Source: Isurus oxyrinchus
Lineage: Eukaryota
Assembly: GCA_026770705.1 (NCBI GenBank)
Contig: JANJGN010000140.1
Coordinates: 434,001 to 498,000 of the forward strand
Reading direction: 5' to 3'
DNA: 64,000 nt
Position numbers and translations under genes: made by a program. Below the pieces are notes generated by a model. It made no database searches. It saw only the letters and a program-made list of their open reading frames with translations, and was not told the DNA's origin. The first letter of the stretch is position 1. Every line of letters starts with the position of its first letter. This document shows, piece after piece, positions 26,670 through 38,097 of this stretch.

Positions 26670-26950
26670 GGTCTAGTGCAATAAAGTAAGGGAATTTACT
26701 AATGTAATATAAACAGAGGACAATTACATAAATAACTGAGACAGGACCTAATGTTACAGAAACAGAAGCATGGACTAGAACAGTAACAAAGAGACAGGCC
26801 CAGTAAAATATGAACAGAGACACGGTGGAGAGCAGCAATAACTGAGACAGAGTCCAGTGTTACAGAAACAGAATCATGGACTAGAGAAGTAACAATGAGA
26901 CAGGCTGAGTGTAATATTAACAGAAACACGGTGTAGAGCAGCAATATTGA
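26670..26950 (+). repeat. 27-bp satellite, inverted relative to 25920-26470; further pieces at ~29800-30000 and ~30700-30840
   Basis: GGTCTAGTGCAATAA...ACTGAGACAGGACCTAATGTTACAGAAACAGA units. Confidence 0.7.
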
Positions 26951-26959
26951 CACCATATT

Positions 26960-29420
26960 GAAGTCCCACAGAACCAGATAAGATCTGGGTGGAGATACCT
27001 CCTGGTGATTACCACCTATTGCCCTCCCTCAGCTGATGAATCTGTACTCCTTCATCTTTAGCACTGCGTGGAAGAAACACTGAGGGTAGCAAGGGCAAAG
27101 AATATGCTGTGAATTTGCAAAATCATTTACCATTTGACAAGACCAAGAATGCCGGAGCTGGATGAGTCCTGAACGACGTATCTGACAGGATGGACCTGCC
27201 ACAGATGGTTAGAGAGCCAACACGAGGGAAACCCTTACCTGATCTCCGTCCCACCACACTATTGATATAACTGTGATTGACCCCTGCTCTGTCCTTGTGG
27301 AAACCCAAGCCGGTATTCACACTGAGCACATTCTCCATTGTGTTGTGTGGCACTGCTGCTGTGCTAAACGGGATACATTCAGAACAGATCTAGCAGCTCA
27401 AAACTTAGCATCAACGAGATACTGTTGGTCATTAACAGCAGGACAGTTGCATTCAATCACACCCTGTAATCTCATGGACCAGAATATCCCTCACTCAAAC
27501 CTTAGTGTGCATATCCACAGATTCCTGAAGGTAGCAGAGCAGGTAGATGAGGTGGTTAAGAAGGCATATGGGTTACTTGCCTTTATTATGTGAGGCATAA
27601 AACACAAGAGCAGGCAGGTTATGCTGGAACTTTATAAAACGTTGGTTAGGCCACAACTGGAGCACTACTGCAGTTCTGGTCACCACATTTCTAGGAAGTA
27701 TGTGACTGCATTGGAGAGAGTGCAGAGGAGATTTACCAAGATGCTATCTGGGCTGGAGCATCTGAACTATGAGGAAAGATTGGATATGCTGGGCTGTTTT
27801 CCTTGGAGAACGATGCTTGAGGGGGTGCTGAGGGGCATAGGCAGAATGGATAGGAAGGCACCTTTTCCATTAGTACAGGGGTCATAAACCAGAGAGCAGA
27901 GATTTTAGATAAGAGGTAGAAGGCTAAGAGGGGAGTTGAGGAGAATCTTTTTCACCCAGGGGGTGGTAGGAATTTGGAACTCACTGCCCGAAAGGATGGT
28001 TGAGTCAGAAACTCTAGTAACATTTAAGAAGGATTTAAATGTTCACTTAAGCTGCCATAGCCTCCAGGGCTATGAGCCAAGTGCGGGAAAATGGGATTAG
28101 TGTAATCAGATCTTTGTTTACCGGGGCGGTAACGATGAGCCGAATGGCCTCCATCTGTGCTGTAAACGTCTCTGAGTCTTTGAGTCTAACATCCAGCCTG
28201 GGAATAATGAGGAATGTAGGCCAGCAGGTCAGAAGCAAGACCAGGCATACCTGAAATTGATGAACCATAGCGCGAAGATAGAATAATGTACATAATGGAC
28301 AACAGATTAGGTCCGCCCGCTCGCAGCTCAATCAGTCTACTCTCAATCATCAGTAAAGTGACTGAAGGTGTCGCCAAAATGCCCACCAAAGCTCAGACTG
28401 AATCCACCAGGATCAGCCAGCATCAAAACTTATTGTAAACTTGGTCTGAACATGGACAAGAGAGCGAACTTCCAGACATGATGTATGAGTGCTTCAGTAC
28501 TTGATTTCAAAGTAGCTATTAACTGAGTCTGGTATCAGGAAGCCTTGGAAAGTGTCAGGTCAATGGGAATCAGGGGCAAGTCTCTCCACTGGCTGGAGTC
28601 ACACCTAGCAAATATGAAGATGTTGTGTTGTTGAAGACCAATCATCTCGGCACCAGGACATCATTCCAGGAGTCTCTCAGAGAAGTGTCCTTGGTCCAAC
28701 CATCTTCAGCAGCTTGATCAATGACCCTCCTTTCATCGCTGGGTCAGGAGTGGGGATGTTCACTCATATTTGCACAGTGTTCAGTTCCATTTATGACCTC
28801 TCAGATGATGAAACCGTCCTTACTTATTGCATCTCGAACTGGACAAGTTTGAGCTGATAAGTTGCAAGTGATATAAGCAGCACTCAAGTGCCAGGCAATG
28901 ACCAACTCCAACAATAAAGGAACCAAATATCTCCCCTTGACGTTCAAAAGACATTACCATCACTGAAACCCACAATCAACGTTGTGCAGGTGGCATTGAA
29001 CAGAAACTGAACTGGATCAGCCATATAAATACTATGGCTACAAGAGTAGGTCAGAGGCTGGGAATCATGTGGCGAATAACTCACCTCCAGATTCCACAAA
29101 GCCTTTCCACTATCTGCAAATCTGAAAGTCAAATGCCTGTTGGAAATTGTTTACTTTCCTTGACAAATGTAACTGCAGCAACACTCAAGAACCTCCACAC
29201 CAACCAGGGGAAATCAACCCATTGATAGGCTCCTCATTCAGGAATTAAACATTCACTCTTTTTGCCACTGATACACAGTGGCTGCAGTATGTAACATCCA
29301 CAGAATTCACTGCAGCAACTCGCCAAGGCCTCTTCAACAATACCTTCCATACTTGTGACCTCCACCTCCCAGAATACTAAGGGCAACAAGCACATGGGAA
29401 CACAATGCCCTGCATCCTCC
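26960..29420 (+). mobile_element. Degenerate L2/CR1-group LINE (endonuclease to RT), split by a nested CR1
   Basis: Decayed ORF2 peptides: TTYCPPSADESVLLH, QMVREPTRGK, FRTDLAAQN, NEECR, SMGIRGK, VLGPTIFSSLIND; coding remnants continue across the 27500-28178 insertion. Confidence 0.75.
27500..28178 (+). mobile_element. CR1 LINE 3' fragment nested in older LINE
   Basis: ORF 27621-27887 MLELYKTLVRPQLEH...ALERVQRRFTKML. Confidence 0.88.
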
Positions 29421-29658
29421 TACACATACCACTCCATAGATGGGAAATTGGCCTTTGGCACCGGAAAAGAAGGTATATCTGAAATCTAATTCTGCTGACT
29501 GCACTGAAAATGAATATCAAGTGCTGCGTAGCATATGCTGCCGATCCGATACCGTCCTTTCAGATACCGATTCCTAGCCTAATGTAGTTATTATAATATT
29601 ATCTCTCCATCTCACAGAAACATGGAGTAATGCAGCTCTAATTTAAACAGAGGCATAG

Positions 29659-29794
29659 ATAAAAGCAAAATTCTGCAAATGCTGGAAATCTGAAATTAAG
29701 ACAGAAAATGCTGGACAAACTCAGCAGGTTGGACAGCATCTGTGGAGAGAGAAACAGAGTTAAATGTTTCAATTCCATATGATTCTTCTTCAGA
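29659..29794 (-). mobile_element. Penelope-like terminal fragment with degenerate hammerhead motif
   Basis: ATGCTGGAAATCTGAAAT..ACAGAAAATGCTGG..ACTCAGCAGG..GCATCTGTGGAGAGAGAAACAGAGTTAA...TCTTCTTCAG. Confidence 0.75.
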
Positions 29795-30049
29795 AACATA
29801 GCCTAGTGCCGTAGTTACAATGACCACTATAATGTAGACATAGTCAAGATTTAATATAACATAAACAGAGACAGGGCCTAGTGTAATATAAACAGAGAAA
29901 GAATCCAGTGCAATACAAACTGAGATGGCTTCCAGTGGAACATTAATGAGATTGGGTCTATTTTCATACAAACAGAGGCCTGATCCAGCACAATAGAAAT
30001 AAATTTGTTCCCAGGGAATTAATAATCGAACTAGGATCCTGTATAATAT

Positions 30050-30575
30050 GGGAGGGATGATCGTGCCGTGGGAACTTCACTGGATCAGTAACCCAGAGAT
30101 CCAGGCCTTTTCCCTGGGGGTAGAGGTTTGAATCCCGTTATGGCAGCATGTGGAATCCAAATTCAATTAATAAATCTGGAATTGAAAGCTCATCTCAATA
30201 ATGGTGACCATGAAACTATAATCGGTTATATTAAACATCCGTCTGGTTCACCGATGCCCTTTAGGGAAGGAAATCTGCCGTCCTGACCCAGTCTGACCTA
30301 CGTTTGTTTTTTTGTTCGTTCATGAGAATGGGGGAGGCGCTGGCTAGGCCAGCATTTATTGCCCATCCCTAATTGCCCCTTTAAGAACAGTGCGGCTTGT
30401 TAGGATGGGTTTTTACGACAATGCTTTCATAGTCACCATTTGATTTTTCAATTCAAATTTCATCATCTGGCGTGGTGGGATTCAAACCCAGACCCCCAGC
30501 GATTTACTAGCCCAGTGAGAAAACCAGCACATCACCACCTCCCATACATATAACTCCAGACCCACAGCTTTGTGG
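30050..30575 (+). mobile_element. tRNA-derived SINE with an opposite-strand copy of the same family nested at ~30304-30543
   Basis: Body matches SINE 34027-34430; broken after GACCTAC and resumes at TACATATAACTCCAGACCCACAGC; insert is the reverse complement of SINE tail and head. Confidence 0.75.
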
Positions 30576-31479
30576 AGCCCCATTCTCCAGTTACTTGTTT
30601 ACTTGTCCACCACCATTTACAACTGGATGTGACAGGACTGCAGAGGTAAATCCGATCGGTTTGAATTGGGAACCTCCAGACTGTGTGATATAAATATTGG
30701 TGTTGATTGTTGCAGTATTAATTGAAACAGGGTACTTTGAAACATAAAGAGAGACAGTGTTTGGTCTAACGCAAAAATAGATGGAGTTCAATTTAAATAG
30801 ACAGAGAGTGGGTCCAATGCAGTGTTAATTGAGAGAATGCCTGCTTCATAGAATGTGTCCATCAAGATTTCACATCCATCTGCTGGCCAAACTTTGCAAT
30901 TGCAGCTACTGTGAAAATGTTGCTGTCAGGTTAGGTCTTTGACATTATTGTATCAAGAATCCACTTCCCCAGGTGTCACACCACATCGCCTTCTGTGGGA
31001 GGTGGTATCAAAATTTAACAAAATTCAACTAATTGCAGGTGGACATGGCTGATTAGCGCACGTTAAAGTCAGCACCAGAGTAAAGCGGCCCAATTCCTGG
31101 TGATGTAACTTTGTTCATCTTGATCAAAGGGAGGGATGTTGATCAGGGAGCTGTATAGAGACCATTGGAGCATTAATATCCACCTCAACGAACATAGTGT
31201 TGGGAAGAGTTTATTGGTTCATGATACCACCTGAAAGACAGTTAGGGTCATTTTCTTCAATAGTTAAAGGCTATGGAGCCTCCCAGGAAGTCAAAGTGCG
31301 ATCTTAAGTTGAAGCACAAGATGCCATCTTGGTCTGTGTTTGTGTGTGTGTGTTTCTGTGTGTGTGTGTGTGAAGGAGATTGGGAGGGAGCGAAAGAGAG
31401 GGATAAGCAAATCACATTGTTTGCAACTGAATTTCACGAAGATCCTGGACAACCTTACATCTATGAAAGGTCACAGACA

Positions 31480-32900
31480 CACAATGGAAACAAAGCCATT
31501 TCCGATGTGCTGATTGCTAAGGAGGCCAATTGTTGTGAGGCAGTATCTGCCACAAGTGCTGCACATGAACCTAGAAAATGTCGTTGTGGCTTCTTTTTTT
31601 CCCCGGTGTTAGCCTGGATTACCAAGCCACTGTAGCCACTGGTCAACGTGGTGGTTCACGCCAAACCACAGGAGGTGTCACCATTTTCCTCACTCGTCAG
31701 TTAGGGACACTCAGTTGTGATAATCGATATTTAGGGCCTTCACTTCTAGCATCCTTGAAGCGGAGCTTTGGGCGTCCCACTGGTTGTCTGCGTCCGGCTC
31801 CCTCACCATACAGAAAGTCCTTGTGTATGTGACTATCTTCCATCCTGCGAACGTTCCCAAGACACAAAAACCGCTTCTGTTTGATGAGTTCTGCAGTTTT
31901 GGGAGCTCTGCCTTTGACAGTACCACTGCATTTGTGACTTTATCCTGCCAGTACATACTCAAGCTGCGCAGCAGGCAGTGAAGGTGGAAATTGTGGGGCT
32001 TCTTTTCTTGATAACTGTAATTCATTTATGTTTCACAGCCATAGAGAAAGGTGCTGAGAACGCAGGCCTTATAAACCATCAGCTTGGTCCTAAGGGCCAG
32101 TTTGATGTTATTCCAGAGTTGTTTCACGAGTCAGCCAAAGGTGGCAGCTGCTTTCCCCATATGGGTATCAAGTTCGGCAGCAAGGAACAGGCTGCCTGTC
32201 ACCTTGGAACCCAGGGAGCAGAATTTACTTCCATCGGTTTTTTATTTAGTGTGATCAATGACGGAAATACAATACCTTATCCCATGACCACGGTTTTCTC
32301 CATGCTTATAGTCAGGGAGAACAAGTTACAGGCATGGGAGAGTCAGCTCATCAGTCTTTGTGGATGAGTTTCCGTTTTGATGACACAGTTATCAGCGTGG
32401 AGGAGTTCTCTGATCAAGATTCAATGTGTTTATGTCTTCACTTTCGACTTATAGATTGTGGAGCTTGTGGTCTGATCGAGTGTGTAAGTCAACTCCTTCC
32501 ATATTTACAGGGAAGACAAAGATCAGCAGCATGTAGAAGGTGCCCAACAGAGTGGGGATTGGACACTGGTATTTTTCACTCCAGTCTTCACTCCGAATCT
32601 GTCGGATGTGGAATCATCAATCTGTACAGTGCAGTGCATGTTTTCATGCAACGAGTGAATGAGACTGAGGCGCTTTGGTGAACAGCCAGTTTTCCCAAAT
32701 GCCTTGTAGAGTCCTGTTCTGCTGATGGTGTCCAGCGTGTGCAGCAAATCATGTCCAGAGTATAGCTTCAGTTAAAAACATCAAATTGTGCTTCAGCCTG
32801 CAACCAGATGAAGTCTTTAAAGCATGACCTGAGCAAAGGCCTTCCCCGTTACTCTATGAATGAGATGTCCCTGTAGTTGTTGCAGTCTCACCTGTCGGCT
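31480..32900 (-). mobile_element. RTE-clade LINE fragment
   Basis: ORF 32523-32747 DTISRTGLYKAFGKTGCSPKRLSLIHSLHENMHCTVQIDDSTSDRFGVKTGVK resembles the RTE RT (GCPPK..I.SFH..M...V motif). Confidence 0.75.
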
Positions 32901-32996
32901 TTGTTTTCAGATAGTGTGGTGATTTTTGCATCATTCACCTCCTGTGGAACGGATCTTATCTTTCAGCAGAGTAGAAGAAGATTGTAAAGGCTGAGA

Positions 32997-33236
32997 AAGA
33001 TAAATAATTATCAACACCAATTATTATCAACTCACGAAGGTAAATAATTATCTTCAAGAATTATCATCAATTCACAAAGATAAATAAGTATATTCACCAA
33101 ATGGCATCCATTCACAAAGATAAATAATAATATTCACCAACTATCATCAATCCACAAAGATAAATTATATTCACCAATTACCATCAATTCACAAGACAAA
33201 TAATTATATTCAGCAATTATCATCCATTCACAAATA
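32997..33236. repeat. AT-rich ~40-bp minisatellite, 6 copies
   Basis: AAAGATAAATAATTATATTCACCAATTATCATCAATTCAC units at 33001, 33041, 33081, 33121, 33161, ~33198. Confidence 0.9.
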
Positions 33237-34026
33237 TTAACAATTGCATGAACCAAGCATTTTCAGTATTTTATTCCATACAAAATGTAACTGCGATTCA
33301 TTTAATATCGTTAACATTTATTGAGATCACATTGACCATTCTGTCAGTGAGGAATCACATCTGTCCCAGAATTCAGTGGGAAATGGAATTAAATCAGACC
33401 GAGGATAATGAGCAGCTACCCAGCAGCCTCTGCGCTGTATTGACAAGTAATCTCCTCATCATCACACAGAAACTCCTGAAATGTAACTGGAGTGTGTGAG
33501 GATTTGTAAAGTAATGGTATAAATAAAACTACCTGGGCCTGACTGAAAGTTAATGCGGCTCTCCAGTGAGTAATGCCCGTTACCCTCCCTAATTTGGGTG
33601 AGGATATGTTGAATGCTTTGTTTTACATGAAAGGACCACATGTTCCAAATATTACAATCCTCCATCCTAAACCGAATTATGTACCCGCTTTCTGTCTTAA
33701 AGATAATGATTCCCCATCAGCAGGGAAGAATCATCAGTACCACAGGGACATCTCCAGGCTTCTTGATGACGTTCAGCTCGATACCCTGAGGATGGAATAC
33801 ATCCAGAAAATCCGGAGAGACTGAAGGTATTAGATTGACACAAATGAAAAGCTGGACCTGCTTCAAGGTATGGAGTAGTCAAGCACCAAGATGAGAAGGT
33901 AAAACAGTATGTCCAGATGCGCCTTTCGATACATCGATCAATTCATTCACTGTTCCTTTCATAAAAATGTTCAGGCATCCAACCATCATTCATTCCCGCA
34001 TCTCTGCAACATCCCTCCATTCTTTG

Positions 34027-34430
34027 GCAGATGGTGGTGTTGTATTCATGTCACTGGACGAGTAATCCAGAGACCTAAGCTATTCTCCTGGGGACACGAA
34101 TTCAAATCCCGCCATGGCAGCGAGTGGAATTTAAATTCAACAATAAACCTGGGATTGAAAACTGGTCTCAGTGAGCGGAACCATGAAGCTATCAACGATT
34201 GTGGAAAAAAACTCATCTGGTTCACTAATGTCCTTTTGGAAAGGAAATCTGTCACTGGACCTAGTCAGGCCTACATGTGACTCCAGATCCATAGAAATAT
34301 GGTGGACTCTACCTGCCCTCTGAAATGGCCCAGCAAGGCACTCAGTTCAAAGGCAATTAGGGAGAAGCAACAAATGCTGGCCTTGCCAGTGACTCCCACA
34401 TCCCGTGAAAAAGTAAAGGGGCAAAAAAAA
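34027..34430 (+). mobile_element. Near full-length tRNA-derived SINE
   Basis: B-box-like GAATTCAAATCCC; body shared with 30050 and 55786 copies; tail GGCAATTAGGGA..CAAATGCTGGCCTTGCCAG shared with LINE 3' ends at 41445 and 50753; A-rich end. Confidence 0.8.
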
Positions 34431-36023
34431 TCACACAAATGTATATGTTTGACTGTGACAAAATGTATCCTCTCTCTGAGTCCTCTCTGATAATCTGCCT
34501 GTAATTCTTTCCATCCGTCCATTCACCACAATATTATGGTGTGTTGGAGAGATCCTCCAATGAGCCAGTGATGATGAGAGAGTATCAGAGAAGCTGGATA
34601 ACTTTTCTTTCCTGAGAGCTGGGCACAGTCCACATAAGTTCACAATTTAAAATAATAAAGCTGACTCCAGTGTCGTTGCTGGGTAGATTTGTTATAAATA
34701 GGCCTTGTTGCCAAGTGTCAAGAGTTAAGAGTTTGAAGTTGGCTTGCAGCCAAGCGGTCAGTGCTGAGGAAACAGATCTTTCATTTATTCCACAAACTCA
34801 CAGATGCTTCCTGTAAACAACATTGCACATTCGAGCGTCCCTGACTGCAGCCGGCTGGCTTGCTGCCAAATACTGCGTGGGGCAGATTAGCCTGGATATG
34901 AATGAACAAAATGGGATTTAGCCATTCAAACAATAAATGTTTCAGTCGCACACGAAGGACACATTTTAAATGGCATTTCATCTAAGGAAATATTTTAATG
35001 AATGCCGTGTTCACTGAGGTTAAACACGATCAGGAAATTGGCCGTATACTATTTAATTTATACTATTGCTAAGTAAAGGACATTCCAGTTATTAAAGCCT
35101 GTTTATTAAGAACTTCATGAAGTGCGAGAGAGCGATGTTGATGGTCCCAATCCCCCAGTCTAATGATTTGAGTAGAATGGCAAAAAAAAGAAATTAAATT
35201 AAAAGAAAACCATAGAATTGTCTTGAACCCGCAGGAATTCCTTGAATATTCCCCGAGTTGTGCACCTTAATTAACCTGAGGGATCACTTATACCCGATTA
35301 GCACCCTGTACTGTATAGTTTAATTTGTGCTGATTTCGAATATTTAACAGTCCCTCTCATTGCTGCCAATGAGTGGAGAAATAACCAGTTCATGACCCGC
35401 TTCAGTGGAAGATAAAACATTTATTCTTGTGATGTTGTGTAATATGCCGCAAAGTGCTGATATCCTGTGTTCCCAATACCAGTGAATGGTAGACAGCGGG
35501 AGGCCAATAAAATTAGCTGCAATGATTTGAATTCTGAAGGATAACTTTGCTGATCTCCGTGTCCGTTCTGATTCATTAACTTCTCCGTCAAAAATTGATG
35601 TAAATTTTACGTTTCTCTGTAAACTCACTGTTTAATTATCAGGCAGGTGGGCTTTTTTTGCTGCTAATTTTCACAGGGCTGTCTTAGGGTCAGGGGCAGT
35701 TAGAGAAATGCGAGGAGGGACATTGTATAATGTGAGGAGATTCTTCTTATCTCCGGACCCAAATTGTACAGCGATAGCCCCCCTGGCTGTAAATAGAATC
35801 ACCTTGTTCATCCCCCGCATTTAGTTACACAAATCAATAATAATTCCTATGACTGATGACACTTTATTGTGGTAATGAGATAGAGACCCGGAGTTGCTGC
35901 AAAACAGACTGACATTCCCTTTATTCCCTGATAATATAATTTATTTTTTTAGGTTCCATCCCTTGTGAGGTAGTGTAGAAATAAATTGACTTAATTATCA
36001 ATGGAATTAGTTTTTTTTATTAA

Positions 36024-36250
36024 CAGATGTTCAACTGGAATTTCACCATTGGAACCAATGGATGCATTCCAATGAATCCATTCAGCCAAATATCCCGATA
36101 TCCACTTTTAACAATAACCTATTGTAAATATCTGAGTCCATTCTGTTGGGGGTGTGGAAGGAGGGGCGTGGATCCATTCACCGCCTCCACCAGGGAATCA
36201 ACAGGCGGCGCCTGGAAACCCGCCCCCTTCTGCCGGGTATTTAAATATCG
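36024..36250 (+). promoter_or_regulatory. VH promoter: E-boxes, CCAAT boxes, GC boxes, TATA-like box; no octamer seen
   Basis: CAGATG 36024, CAACTG 36032, CCATTGG-AA-CCAATGG 36046-36061, CCAAT 36069, GGGGCGTGG ~36163, CCCGCCCCC ~36219, TATTTAAAT 36238-36246, ~90 bp before the ATG. Confidence 0.7.
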
Positions 36251-36324
36251 CTCACTGGAGCCGGAATCCAACAGTCCGGGAGCTGGTTTGTTCACTGAGT
36301 TCTGGACAGAACCATTTTCCCCAA

Positions 36325-36382
36325 ATGACCAGAAGGATGAGGTCGGCGATTTCTCTCAGTTTCTTGCTGACTTTCTTATCCC
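36325..36382 (+). CDS. IGHV: IgH leader exon (MTRR)MRSAISLSFLLTFLS(R)
   Basis: In-frame ATGs at 36325 and 36337 (second has A at -3); hydrophobic signal peptide; phase-1 donor C|GTGAGT at 36383. Confidence 0.93.
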
Positions 36383-36508
36383 GTGAGTAGTTTTCATTCT
36401 CCAAGTCTCTCACTATTACTGTCTCAGAGTTAATCTCTCTGGAATGTGACAGAGTCAGGAATCATTTCACCAGGATTAATCCTCGGGGTTTTTGATATAT
36501 TTCTACAG

Positions 36509-36814
36509 GTGTCCAGTCGGAGGTTGTGTTGACTCAGCCAGAGGCAGAGACCGGGCGTCCCGGAGGTTCCCTGAGACTGACCTGTAAAACCAGCGGCTTC
36601 GATCTTGGCAGCTACAGCATGTACTGGGTCCGACAGGTTCCCGGACAAGGGTTGGAGTGGCTGCTTTGGTACTATAGTTCATCCAGCAACTACTATGCCC
36701 CAGCAATTAAAAATCGATTTACTGCGTCCAAAGACACTTCAAGAAACATCTTCTCCTTGGACATGACGAGCCTGAAGACTGAAGACACCGCCATCTATTA
36801 CTGTGCAAGAAAGT
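36509..36814 (+). CDS. IGHV: Germline (unjoined) VH segment, shark IgM type
   Basis: Acceptor TTCTACAG|; (R)[101 protein letters not shown]; conserved Cys, WVRQ, GLEW, YYCAR. Confidence 0.98.
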
Positions 36815-36853
36815 CACAGCGAGAGGAACCAGGGCTGGACCCGAACAAGAACA
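36815..36853 (+). other. VH 3' recombination signal (23-RSS)
   Basis: CACAGCG + 23 nt + ACAAGAACA. Confidence 0.95.
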
Positions 36854-37222
36854 GATCGAAAGAAACTCAGCAACTTCCATCATAACCTGACGGTCAGTAC
36901 TTGTTTTAAATATATTGTTAACTGTTATGATCAAAAGCCGACAACAAGTCGCTTCTGACAAAAGTAAAACAGCAAATTTAACAGTAAATCCTAACAAAAC
37001 AATCGATATCATGGGCTGAACTTCGGCTGTGTTTATATTTACTGTTAACAGTTTCCGCAATTACAAACCTGGATATAATGTTCATTTGAATATGTCTAAT
37101 ACCTGTAGGGGATCACTGTTCATTGAGTTTTGTAAATTGCTGCATAAATACTAAACTAGATCAGGAGTAAACGTCTATTTGAAGTGAATATTGAGAGGCA
37201 GCACTGAACAGAGAGTGGGTGC

Positions 37223-37302
37223 AGTTTTTGTGCGGGTGTATTTCACTGTGATACGACAGGGGATCACAGTGCTGTGGACAGCGACATCCTCATACAAAAA
37301 CC
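37223..37302 (+). other. IGHD: D1 segment (coding 37251-37264, ATACGACAGGGGAT) with 5' 12-RSS and 3' 22-RSS
   Basis: AGTTTTTGT-12-CACTGTG | 14 nt | CACAGTG-22-ACAAAAACC. Confidence 0.96.
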
Positions 37303-37612
37303 TCAGAAGGAGTTTGTTCAAATTGGTGATCACGATCACAACAGGAAAAGTCAAAGAAAATAGGAGCTAAATAAAATAATGGGTATAAGTAATATTGGCT
37401 TGCAAAAATATATAAAAGTCTTCTGCTTTGTTTGTGTTTACGGACACGATAAATCTTCACAGAGGCTTTTAAAGAACTCCAATCATATTTATAAATATAA
37501 TGACCAGCACAAGCTGAAATATCTCACTGATTCACTCTTAGGCGTGTCGGAATCAGGTTTTTGTGAGCGCAGTGAAATTAAATCTCTGCATTTACAGTGA
37601 ACAGTCTGCCGC

Positions 37613-37681
37613 AGTATTTCACATGATGTGTCTCGCTGTGATATACTGGGTGGCACAGCAGTTACTAAGAATACAAAAACC
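37613..37681 (+). other. IGHD: D2 segment (coding 37641-37653, ATATACTGGGTGG) with 12/12 RSS
   Basis: AGTATTTCA-12-CGCTGTG | 13 nt | CACAGCA-12-ACAAAAACC; 5' nonamer degenerate. Confidence 0.93.
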
Positions 37682-38010
37682 CCTCAGCACTAATTGAGTC
37701 TGCCAGGTTCAGTGCTCGCTTTTACAATCCTGCTATATTTACAATGAAGTATTATTTCTACCCAGTACTGCCCAAAAAACATGGTTTAAGATGGAAAAGT
37801 TGTGATAATTATGCATTCATCAGTTGGTGAATTCAATAAAATGTTTATGTGTTATTCCGTGAATTATAAAACATGATGATCATTGTTAAATAGCTAAAGA
37901 TATCCACATACGCAAATATAATTTCGTGAAGATTCATCGTGATATTATTTTGCCCCTGACTTATGAATATTTAAAATAATGATGGATTTCTGTCTTTTTC
38001 GTGCAGGGAC

Positions 38011-38097
38011 AGTTATTGTATGGCACAGCCCAGGGAATGTAACACTGTGACGCTATGGGCTACTGGGGGAAAGGGACCATGATAACAGTGACTGCAG
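38011..38097 (+). other. IGHJ: JH segment (coding 38050-38097) with 5' 23-RSS
   Basis: AGTTATTGT-23-CACTGTG then AMGYWGKGTMITVTA (WGxG motif); phase-1 donor G|GTAAGA at 38098. Confidence 0.97.

Noticed and set aside
33573-33824. Non-repetitive ORF upstream of the VH promoter
   Set aside because: No recognisable domain and no convincing splice pair.
36509-38097. Germline-joined VDJ, IgW, IgNAR or TCR-delta-associated V
   Set aside because: Segments are separate with intact RSSs; V has WVRQ/GLEW; four mu-type C exons and an IgM tailpiece follow.
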